A DNA stretch of 64,000 nt. Origin: Bacteroidales bacterium. GTDB taxonomy: Bacteria > Bacteroidota > Bacteroidia > Bacteroidales > F082. Made by a program: the position numbers and the translations under genes. Shown piece by piece: positions 18,155 through 26,476 of this stretch. Each line of letters opens with the position of its first letter. Positions within the stretch are counted from its first letter, which is position 1. The notes beneath the pieces are model-generated. The model saw only the letters and a list, made by a program, of their open reading frames with translations. It ran no database searches and had not been told where the DNA came from. The DNA lies in the NCBI GenBank assembly GCA_045613105.1, contig JAZLAI010000017.1, positions 43,497 through 107,496 of the forward strand, read 5' to 3'.

Positions 18155-21100
18155 TCACTCAGACACTCTCACTCTCAAGCCTTCCGAATAAGCCGAAAAC
18201 TCTGGAGAATACATACATTGTATCAAAGCGTAACCATTGCTGAAGTCACCTTCTTTTGTCACGAACATCGAATAACTTACCTGATGTTTGCCTTTCGGTA
18301 GTCTGTCGAAATAGAATCCCATGAAGGTGTCGCTGTTGCTTTGATAATATAACATTCCGTCTTGGTATCTGTATCTTGACATTTGTTCGACTGGCTCGAG
18401 GCAAGCAGCTCTCATGTCTTTCAAAAAGACGAACTCCATATCTTGGGAACTTTCGATATTCAGATTTACGACAATCTTGTCCCCGACTTTAATGTCTTCT
18501 TTTTCAATAGGAACAAGATAAGTGCCTTCTTCATTGATTCGCTCGACATATATATTTCTCTCTACATTCAACGGCGATTCGTGCTTTCTCACTTCATCAA
18601 GAGAGACGAAATACTGGCGGAATAATCCTCCCCAAATGAGATTGTCGGTCTCGTTATTGACTTTGAAATCTTTAAAATCCTTCATCTCTTCAGAATTCCA
18701 GAAATATTGATTCATATAATCAGAAGAATTATTATCGTTTTTAATATCAATAACTAATTCATCATTGTGAATTTGTATTTCGGAGACGCAGCAATGTGTG
18801 TTGGCTTTTATAGGAGACATTGATGCGTCTCTACTTGTAGTCTTATCAAAAACCAAAGCATAAACAGCGTCAACCGTCGATTGAGCATTTTCCCACATAT
18901 TGGTACGTTTGTTATTTAATAACCATACCTTCATGTCGTTGAGAAGTTCCTCATCAGGATTTATTTCCTTGAATGCTTCCATAATAACAACATGTTCGCT
19001 GACTTTAGAACTCCAATACATACCAAGAGTCTCGTTCTTTTTAGCTCTTTCTTTCAGTGATTTCATTATCAGCTGAGCGATGTTTTTATCACCATTGCGA
19101 TATAATATCAAGGCTATTTTTGCTTGCGTGCCGAAATTGAAGCCCTGCCAGTTTTCTTTCAATTGTTTGATAAAGAAGTCTTTGGCGTTCTTGTATTTTA
19201 AATCTTCATTGAAGTTGAAGAAACTCAATGCATATAATTCATTGATGTTTAAATAAGAGATGTTCTTATAATCTTTGTATAAGTCATAATCTTTTATTAT
19301 GCCTTTGCATAAATAGTCGATGGCGTTTTTGGTGATGATGTCGGAATATTCCTGCTGACTTGGTGTCAAGGAATTTATTACATCCATCTTATAAAGACGA
19401 CCGAAACCGCCTAATATATATTGAGTTATAAACGTGCTTTCAGGCATATTAGGGAACCACGACCATCCGCCATTGACGCTTTGTTTCTCTTTGATGAGTT
19501 TTAAAGTCTCATCGGTTTTATTGCGTAATGTGTTAAGGTCGAATAAGTTGGCAATCATCGCTTTTTGTTCTGCTTCAGATTTTGCTTCCATCACCCAAGG
19601 TGTCTCTTGTAACATGATGGCTTTCAGATTCTCGTCTTTCTGAAGTGCCGATATCAATGCATCAGGTGTCTCTAATTCCCATTTCATGATATAATCCAAT
19701 AAGTTAGGAATGTTATTCGCGATATATGAGGCGAGACTGTTAGCATAGAAAATGTTGAATGCAGCATCGGCATATTGTCCTGTTTCTTGTGCAAGATAAG
19801 GCAACGACTGTATCGCGTACCAAACAGGATTTGCGCAGATATTCAATGTCAATCCATAGTTTCTTTCGTTCTCATTTTGGAAATCGAAGTCGAATGTCTT
19901 TTCAGAATTTTCTCTTACTATCAAAGGATAAGTCTCTGTCATGAAGACCTCATTGCTTAAAACAGGAAGAATGTGTTGCTCTGCATCAGAGAATTCCTCT
20001 GACGAAACGCTGAAACGCATCGCTAACATATTGGTATTGTTATTAACTGCTACCTTCCATCTCACAGATTTACTATTTCCAGCAGCAATCTCATCGATGG
20101 CAATTTCCTGTTCAGAGAGAATCAAATCCAAAGGTTTCATCGTCAAAGCGTCAAAAATCTCCAATTTAGCATTTGCAGACTTAGTAACCATATCTTCCCC
20201 TGAATTCCTAATCACATTCGCTACTACCCAAAGAGTATCGTTTTCATAAACGAAGCGTGGCATATCACTCATGATCATAAGAGGTTTTGATGTTGTGAAA
20301 GTCTTGTTCAAAGTGCCGACTTTCAAGTCTTTGGTATAAGCGAGCATCATAAGGTTCCAGCGAGTCAAGGCGTCTGGCATGGTGAAAGAGAACCTCAGAC
20401 TTCCATCATCGTTTGTAATTAAGTTAGGATAGAAGAACGCCGTCTCGTTGAAGTTTTCTCTTATACTCATTTCTTGATTTTCTGTACTTTGCATTTCTTC
20501 TTGCTGAGAATTATCTATTACATCTTCATCAGCTACTCTAAATAACTCAACTGCCTCTTCGTCTTCATTTGTATTAACACCGCCTACTTTTACAGCTATT
20601 GCATTTCTTACGCGAGAAGGCATCAGCATCACATCTCGTGCTGAAAAAGTATATCTCGCGATAGGTATCAAATCAATGTCCGACAATAAATAGTAAACAA
20701 ACAATTCGTAAGTCTTAGGATATTGATTAAATGTAAAGCAATAGAAATCGTCGAAACCTCCGTCGCTTCGCGGTGATGTCGATGTCTTGATGCTAGGTTT
20801 TGTGTTGAAATACCAATGATTTTCGGCGAATACATCCAAAGAAGCGTCGTACATTCCTGCTAGAAGATTGGCGACAACGCCTTTGTCCTTATAATCCTTG
20901 ATGGTGAGATTCCATGTTTCTTCACTGCTAGGAAGCAAGTCGTCTCTTACAACATCCAATTTTATGTCTAAATCGAGGTTGTCGTAAGGCACTGCGATAT
21001 AATGTTCTACAATATTTATAGTGTTGTCTTTAACAAAGAATGCTTGGAACGAAATATTTCCTCTGTCTTCTTCTTTGACTTTGTAATTGATTTTTATGAC

Positions 21101-23914
21101 TTTATCACTTATTGTCTTACGTTCGTAATATCTGACCTCATCACCATGTTTTATCATGACATAAACATTGACATCTTTGGCAGAACTTCCTAAATAAAAA
21201 TTAACATTGTCATTAGGTTGTGCTGACGCTTTGTCATAGTAAGAAATACACATTGTATTATAAGGCATTTTGTTGCTCTTAAAATCTATGACAGTCAGTT
21301 CGATAGATGTCATCGCCTTTTCATTGTCGGCAGAAATCAATTCAACGACATATCTTCCTTTATCTATAAGTTTTTTAACATTTGGGAATAATTTAGACTC
21401 TCCTTTGACATTGACGGTATCTTCATATATCAAATGTCTGTTGTCCGTTGTCTGTTGACTGTCGTCTTTAACTTCATAAATCTTTCTGATGATTTTTGCT
21501 TCGACAGGATTTTCTTTAAGATTTTTAACATTGAAACTGATATGTTTCAAACTATCTATGCTGACGTTTTTATATTCTTTATTAACATCAATAATCAAAT
21601 CAATGTCTGATGCTTTTATAGTGTAGGTTTTAGTCTGGCTTTCGCCTTGTGCGTTGGTAGCGTTTACTGTTATAAGATATTCATAAACAGGGAGTCTGTC
21701 TTTAAAATTCTTATCAGGAAGCAATTCGAAATTGATATTGAAGTTGCCATTCGCATCGGTTGTTCCATCTCCGAAAGCAATCTGTTTTTGGTTGTTGCCA
21801 TAATTGGCGAACCACCATAAACGATATGGGAAATAAGCACGTCTTGCGATTGTATAATTATAATTAACATTATCGAGACCGAATCCGGCGTATGCTTTCA
21901 CTGAACCGTTAAGTTCTACTTCTTCATTGAGTTTGTATGATTTGTCAGGAGCGTTGAATGTTATTTCAAAAGTAGGACGTTTATATTCTTCAACTTTTAC
22001 GTAGATGCTTCCAGTGACATTGCTTATCTTGAAAAATCCGTTAGATAAATTATCAGGGATGACGAAACTTCCATCGAAAGAACCGAATTCGTTTGTTGTA
22101 AATGTATGTGTACTAATATCTTCGCCGTTTGAATCTTTAATGTGAATTACAGTTTCTGCATTAACGACTAATTCATTTATCTCAGAATTTTTATTAACAA
22201 TCACACCTTTATAATAGACAGTCTGTCCCGGACGATAAATTGCTCTGTCTGTAAAGAATATCGTTTCTTGTATTAATCTTCCTGAATTTTCATTCTTATA
22301 ATTATAGAAATGAGAATCGGAGAGAAGCATGTCGTTGTCTTTGAATAAGTTGATATGAAATGCGTTCTGACTTGTATTAGGAACTTTAACGATTCCGTTT
22401 TCGTCTGTCGTCAAATCTTTGATAGTTGTATTGACATATTTGTTCTTGTTATAATTGTAAGAACGTTTAAAAATATTGACATTTACGTCTTTTACAGGAA
22501 GACCGCTTTCTCTGTCAAGTACATAGACTACGAAATCGTTGTTTTCTTTTGTGGTGACAAAACTAAGTCTGCTGACTTGGAAAGAATGAAAAGCTGGCAG
22601 ATTATCTATTTTATTTGAGAATTTATCATCGTTGGAAACTAGTATGTAATAAATCCCGCATTCCAACTTTGGCAGAGTGATATTTATGGAATGCGATTGA
22701 TAATCATTCTTTTCTGGGATGTCGATTTCGTTTTCAACTATATGTTTTTTCTTTAATATTGTCTTTACAACATCCATCTCTGATTTATCATCTAATTTAT
22801 CCAACTCATTTTGACTTAGTCTATAAATTCTATAATGAGGATTTGTTAAATTACTGTAAGAAATGTTAGCTATGATGTCATGATTTGGAAGATGCACGCT
22901 CGACATCTTTAATTGCAGATTTTTTCTTAAAATATTGGAACGTATTGTTTCACATTGTAATGCACCGACACTATTAGGAAATAATTTTATTGCTTCATCG
23001 CAAATCTCAAGTACAACATCCAGGTTTTTGCTTTCGACATTCTGTTGACTGTTGACTATTGACTCTTGTCTATCAAAAATCGCTTCAGCTTGTAACGCCA
23101 TCACGGATGTGACGAGAGGATTGTCGAGGTTTTCGTTCTTAATTTTTATTAAGGAATTTATATAAGATTCATAATCGTCATTGGTTTCATATTCATATTT
23201 CAATTTATGAATCTCATTATATATCGCAGCGTCATTATAATTGTTCTTTTTGTCAAAATCGATAATATCTTGGTATAAATCTATGCAATTTAATGACTTG
23301 CGGATTTGGTGGTTTATGATTTTATGCACTACATAATCATAAAGAGTAGGTTCTATGGTGTAATCGAATTTGGTTTTGGTATCGTCAATCGCCAAAATAT
23401 CTTGATATGATTTTGATGCGGTGTTTTGAAGGCTTGCGATATCGGAAAGAGCGTTTTCATAATATTTGTCGATAACTCTTTCAAAAGTTTTTTTGTCCCA
23501 GAATTCCATGTCCAACTCATCACCATTGATCGTAATCTGTTGATTGTTGATTTTATAGAAATTACTGTTGTAATAACTCTCGTAAAGAGAAGCTATTGCT
23601 ACATTAAAAATCGACTTTTCAGGTTCTAGGAGTTTTCCGATATTTTCCTCAGCGAATTGTATTGAGGTCTCTATCGGATTTTCATCTTTCAGATTTATTA
23701 TTTTAAATCTATACAGATAAGATTTCAGAAGTTCTTTCTGATTGTTTTCGTCAAGGGCTTTTTGTTCAATTTTATCAAGAAACATTTCCGCCGTTTCAGG
23801 AAGTCGGTCTTCTAAATTTTTATTAACATCTTTCCATAAATCGATATAGGACTGAGCGTTGAGATTGCTGAAGAGAGATAACGACAATATTATCAATAAA
23901 AAATTGGTCTTCAT
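18155..23914 (-). CDS. Alpha-2-macroglobulin family protein (bacterial A2M, MG-domain array), thioester-less
   Basis: About 1919 aa from the ATG at 23914 (MKTNFLLIILSLSLFSNLNAQ signal). Repeated MG-like beta domains, a TED-like region ...LPYLAQETGQYADAAFNIFYAN..., and a C-terminal ...FLKDMRAACLEPVEQ... module. No CxEQ motif anywhere in the protein. Confidence 0.8.
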   Translation of the reverse strand: MKTNFLLIILSLSLFSNLNAQSYIDLWKDVNKNLEDRLPETAEMFLDKIEQKALDENNQKELLKSYLYRFKIINLKDENPIETSIQFAEENIGKLLEPEKSIFNVAIASLYESYYNSNFYKINNQQITINGDELDMEFWDKKTFERVIDKYYENALSDIASLQNTASKSYQDILAIDDTKTKFDYTIEPTLYDYVVHKIINHQIRKSLNCIDLYQDIIDFDKKNNYNDAAIYNEIHKLKYEYETNDDYESYINSLIKIKNENLDNPLVTSVMALQAEAIFDRQESIVNSQQNVESKNLDVVLEICDEAIKLFPNSVGALQCETIRSNILRKNLQLKMSSVHLPNHDIIANISYSNLTNPHYRIYRLSQNELDKLDDKSEMDVVKTILKKKHIVENEIDIPEKNDYQSHSINITLPKLECGIYYILVSNDDKFSNKIDNLPAFHSFQVSRLSFVTTKENNDFVVYVLDRESGLPVKDVNVNIFKRSYNYNKNKYVNTTIKDLTTDENGIVKVPNTSQNAFHINLFKDNDMLLSDSHFYNYKNENSGRLIQETIFFTDRAIYRPGQTVYYKGVIVNKNSEINELVVNAETVIHIKDSNGEDISTHTFTTNEFGSFDGSFVIPDNLSNGFFKISNVTGSIYVKVEEYKRPTFEITFNAPDKSYKLNEEVELNGSVKAYAGFGLDNVNYNYTIARRAYFPYRLWWFANYGNNQKQIAFGDGTTDANGNFNINFELLPDKNFKDRLPVYEYLITVNATNAQGESQTKTYTIKASDIDLIIDVNKEYKNVSIDSLKHISFNVKNLKENPVEAKIIRKIYEVKDDSQQTTDNRHLIYEDTVNVKGESKLFPNVKKLIDKGRYVVELISADNEKAMTSIELTVIDFKSNKMPYNTMCISYYDKASAQPNDNVNFYLGSSAKDVNVYVMIKHGDEVRYYERKTISDKVIKINYKVKEEDRGNISFQAFFVKDNTINIVEHYIAVPYDNLDLDIKLDVVRDDLLPSSEETWNLTIKDYKDKGVVANLLAGMYDASLDVFAENHWYFNTKPSIKTSTSPRSDGGFDDFYCFTFNQYPKTYELFVYYLLSDIDLIPIARYTFSARDVMLMPSRVRNAIAVKVGGVNTNEDEEAVELFRVADEDVIDNSQQEEMQSTENQEMSIRENFNETAFFYPNLITNDDGSLRFSFTMPDALTRWNLMMLAYTKDLKVGTLNKTFTTSKPLMIMSDMPRFVYENDTLWVVANVIRNSGEDMVTKSANAKLEIFDALTMKPLDLILSEQEIAIDEIAAGNSKSVRWKVAVNNNTNMLAMRFSVSSEEFSDAEQHILPVLSNEVFMTETYPLIVRENSEKTFDFDFQNENERNYGLTLNICANPVWYAIQSLPYLAQETGQYADAAFNIFYANSLASYIANNIPNLLDYIMKWELETPDALISALQKDENLKAIMLQETPWVMEAKSEAEQKAMIANLFDLNTLRNKTDETLKLIKEKQSVNGGWSWFPNMPESTFITQYILGGFGRLYKMDVINSLTPSQQEYSDIITKNAIDYLCKGIIKDYDLYKDYKNISYLNINELYALSFFNFNEDLKYKNAKDFFIKQLKENWQGFNFGTQAKIALILYRNGDKNIAQLIMKSLKERAKKNETLGMYWSSKVSEHVVIMEAFKEINPDEELLNDMKVWLLNNKRTNMWENAQSTVDAVYALVFDKTTSRDASMSPIKANTHCCVSEIQIHNDELVIDIKNDNNSSDYMNQYFWNSEEMKDFKDFKVNNETDNLIWGGLFRQYFVSLDEVRKHESPLNVERNIYVERINEEGTYLVPIEKEDIKVGDKIVVNLNIESSQDMEFVFLKDMRAACLEPVEQMSRYRYQDGMLYYQSNSDTFMGFYFDRLPKGKHQVSYSMFVTKEGDFSNGYALIQCMYSPEFSAYSEGLRVRVSE
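18783..18831. repeat. Palindromic element (GAGACGCAGCAAT...ATTGATGCGTCTC) embedded in-frame in the A2M ORF
   Basis: Shares a 13-mer left arm and a 16/17 right arm, in the same order and with similar spacing, with the intergenic element at 26414-26465. Encodes RDASMSPIKANTHCCVS. Confidence 0.75.
21436..21470. repeat. Heptad array gtctgtt/gtccgtt/gtctgtt/gactgtc/gtcttta inside the A2M ORF
   Basis: Five 7-nt units. Encodes KDDSQQTTDNRH. Confidence 0.8.
23038..23072. repeat. Heptad array cattctg/ttgactg/ttgacta/ttgactc/ttgtcta inside the A2M ORF
   Basis: Five 7-nt units. Encodes RQESIVNSQQNVE. Confidence 0.8.
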
Positions 23915-23973
23915 ATCTGATAGGATTTTATTGTTAAAAAATATCAAAAATGAGACCAATTAATTATTGTATG

Positions 23974-24010
23974 ATAAAAAAGAGACGCATCATTTTGATA
24001 CGTCTCTTTC
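23974..24010 (-). terminator. Hairpin terminator of the S46 peptidase gene; short member of the GAGACG palindromic element family
   Basis: The minus strand reads aaagagacg-tatcaaaatgatg-cgtctcttt followed by ttt. It shares the 13-mer ttgatacgtctct with 26454-26466. Confidence 0.7.
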
Positions 24011-24077
24011 ATATTTTCAATTTTCCATTATTCAAGACGTCACGAGTGACATCTCTACATTTGGCAATTTATTTCAA

Positions 24078-26300
24078 TTATTCAGCAACAACTTCTTCAA
24101 CTACTTCTGTTTGAGGTTCGCTCTTGACGATTGTTAATTCGTCGATGAGGTTTGTTGCGCCGGCAAATTTGTCGATTACGAACAATACGTAACGTGCGTC
24201 AACATTGATTGTACGTTGTAATGTTGGTTCGAAGTTGATGTCGCCGCTCATAGCTTCCCAGTTGCCGTCGAATGCGAGGCCGATGAGTTCGCCTTTAGCG
24301 TTCATGATTGGGCTACCTGAGTTACCGCCAGTGATGTCGTTTGTTGAAAGGAAGCAAACGATTAACTCACCGTTTTCGTCAGCATATTGACCGAAGTCTT
24401 TAGCAGCGATGAGGTCGAGGAGTCTTTGTGGAACATCGAATTCATAGTCGCCTGGAACATATTTTTCGAGGATACCGTTAGCTGTACATACATAGTCATA
24501 ATGAACAGCGTCAGCTGGTTGGTAATCTTGAACTGAACCGTAGCTCATGCGTAATGATGAGTTAGCATCTGGATAGAGGCTCTTTTCTGGTTGTGCCTCT
24601 GCGTAGAATTCGCGTAAGCCTTTAACGAACAAGTGGTTGTTTTCGTCGATGACTTTCATTGCTGAGCGGTAAGGAGCGAGGCTGCCCATCATGTGGGTGT
24701 ACATTGTGTTCAAAACTACGTAAGCCAAGTCTTTTTCAACTTTCTTTGCGTTAGGTTTTTCGATGAAAGCCTTGATTGATTCAGCTGTTGCGAAGATTGA
24801 GTTTTCCAAGATATCGTTAGCTAAAGCGACTACATCACCTTTATATTTCTTATCAACTAAGTTGTAGAAGTCAGGATTTGCTTCAGCATCGAAAGTGTTG
24901 TAATATAATTTCAACATTTCAACCAAAGTCTTATCTTCTAATGCTTTGTATGTTTCTGCGAAATAAGCGTCAGCGTCGATAGCTTTGAGAGCTTCTTCAG
25001 CTGCTGCGATAGCTTCTTTATCTTTACCTTGAGCTGCTGCTACATATTGAGCGAATTCTGCTGCGATAGCGATTGCGCCTGTTTGTGTAACAAAGTTAGG
25101 ATAATAGATAGATGGTGTAAATTCAGCTGCCAATGCATAGTTTTCTTCTAATGTGTTCAATACGTTGCCATATTCTTCAACGCGTGCTGGGTTAGCGTTA
25201 ACCCATTCTGTGAATTGAGCTTCGAGTTCAGCTTTTCTTTCAGCTACTTTGTTTTTGCGGAGCATCAACATTTGGCCTTCAAAGTTTTTCCATGTGTTAG
25301 CGAGACCAGCTTTATCGTCAGCGTACATGATATTGACAGAAGCGTCTTTTTGCATAAATTCGTCCATAACATCTGTTTGGAGTTTGAAGATGTCGTGGAT
25401 TGTTGGGTAGAATGATTCAACGTTATAGTCGATACCGAAAGATGTCATGTAACGTTCTGTTGTTCCAGGGAAACCCCAAATCATTGTGAAGTCATCTTTT
25501 TCGATTCCGTCTAAGCTGACAGGAAGATGATGTTTAGGATTTAATGGTTGGTTTTCTGCAGAATAAGCTGCTGGTTCGCCATCAGCGCCGGCATAAACGC
25601 GGAAGATTGAGAAGTCGCCGGTGTGACGTGGCCACATCCAGTTGTCGGTGTCGCCGCCGAACTTACCGATTGAAGAAGGAGGAGTACCTACGAGACGAAC
25701 GTCTGTATATACTTTATAAACGAACATATAATATTCGTTGCCTTCAAAGAAACCTTTGATGATTGGGTTATATTTGCCTCCTTCTGAAGCTGCTGTTTCA
25801 AGTTCTTTAGCTTTAGCAGCGATAGCGGCATTACGTTCATCCCAATTCATTGTATCGTTCAAGACAGCGAAAATTTGTTCTGTAACGTCTTCCATGCGTA
25901 CCAAGAAAGAAGCAGAGATACCTTCTGCTGGAAGTTCTTCGCTGAAGTCTTTCGCCCAGAAACCGTCTGTTAAATAATCGTGTTCAACAGTACTGAGTTT
26001 TTGGATTGAGTTATAACCGCAGTGATGGTTGGTGAACATAAGGCCTTTGCCTGAAACGATTTCACCTGTGCAGAAGAAACCGCGTGGTGTTGCGCCTTCT
26101 GACAAACCAACGATAGCGTCTTTTAAGCTGCTGTTGTTGATGCTGTAGAGTTCTTCAGGAGTAAGTTGAAGACCCATTTTTTCCATGTCAACATAATTCA
26201 AACGCTCGACGAACATAGGAAGCCACATTCCTTCGTCAGCATGCACTTTGCCCACTAATGAGAAAATAGCGAGGGCTACTAATAAGAAAGTTTTTTTCAT
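24078..26300 (-). CDS. S46 family dipeptidyl-peptidase (DPP7/DPP11-like)
   Basis: 740 aa. Signal peptide followed by DEGMWLP. Catalytic motifs FTNHHCG and TGGNSGSP. Confidence 0.9.
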   Translation of the reverse strand: MKKTFLLVALAIFSLVGKVHADEGMWLPMFVERLNYVDMEKMGLQLTPEELYSINNSSLKDAIVGLSEGATPRGFFCTGEIVSGKGLMFTNHHCGYNSIQKLSTVEHDYLTDGFWAKDFSEELPAEGISASFLVRMEDVTEQIFAVLNDTMNWDERNAAIAAKAKELETAASEGGKYNPIIKGFFEGNEYYMFVYKVYTDVRLVGTPPSSIGKFGGDTDNWMWPRHTGDFSIFRVYAGADGEPAAYSAENQPLNPKHHLPVSLDGIEKDDFTMIWGFPGTTERYMTSFGIDYNVESFYPTIHDIFKLQTDVMDEFMQKDASVNIMYADDKAGLANTWKNFEGQMLMLRKNKVAERKAELEAQFTEWVNANPARVEEYGNVLNTLEENYALAAEFTPSIYYPNFVTQTGAIAIAAEFAQYVAAAQGKDKEAIAAAEEALKAIDADAYFAETYKALEDKTLVEMLKLYYNTFDAEANPDFYNLVDKKYKGDVVALANDILENSIFATAESIKAFIEKPNAKKVEKDLAYVVLNTMYTHMMGSLAPYRSAMKVIDENNHLFVKGLREFYAEAQPEKSLYPDANSSLRMSYGSVQDYQPADAVHYDYVCTANGILEKYVPGDYEFDVPQRLLDLIAAKDFGQYADENGELIVCFLSTNDITGGNSGSPIMNAKGELIGLAFDGNWEAMSGDINFEPTLQRTINVDARYVLFVIDKFAGATNLIDELTIVKSEPQTEVVEEVVAE

Positions 26301-26323
26301 TTTTTTGATATTAATTTAAATTG

Positions 26324-26461
26324 TTAATTGTTCATTATTGTTGAGAGACGCAGCAATTACATATTGTTTATTTTTATGGTGTAATTGATACGTTAATTGT
26401 TCATTATTATTGAGAGACGCAGCAATTACATATTGTTTATTTTTATGGTGTAATTGATACG
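26324..26461. repeat. Tandem direct duplication, 2 x 69 bp, each copy carrying the palindromic element
   Basis: 26324-26392 and 26393-26461 differ at one position (g/a). The unit is ttaattgttcattatt[g/a]ttgagagacgcagcaattacatattgtttatttttatggtgtaattgatacg. Confidence 0.9.
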
Positions 26462-26465
26462 TCTC
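26414..26465. repeat. Complete palindromic element: GAGACG-cag-CAATTACA ... TGTAATTG-ata-CGTCTC
   Basis: 6-bp outer and 8-bp inner inverted repeats. The upstream tandem copy (26345-26392) lacks the closing TCTC. Confidence 0.8.
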
Positions 26466-26476
26466 TACAATGTTAT

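Noticed and set aside
18392-18403. CLEP in A2M as a possible thioester (CxEQ-like) site
   Set aside because: The fourth residue is Pro rather than Gln, and it lies in the C-terminal MG/receptor-like module rather than the TED region.
26324-26461. Possible CRISPR array
   Set aside because: There are only two directly abutting copies, with no spacers, no cas genes and an AT-rich non-CRISPR-like unit. It is a tandem duplication.
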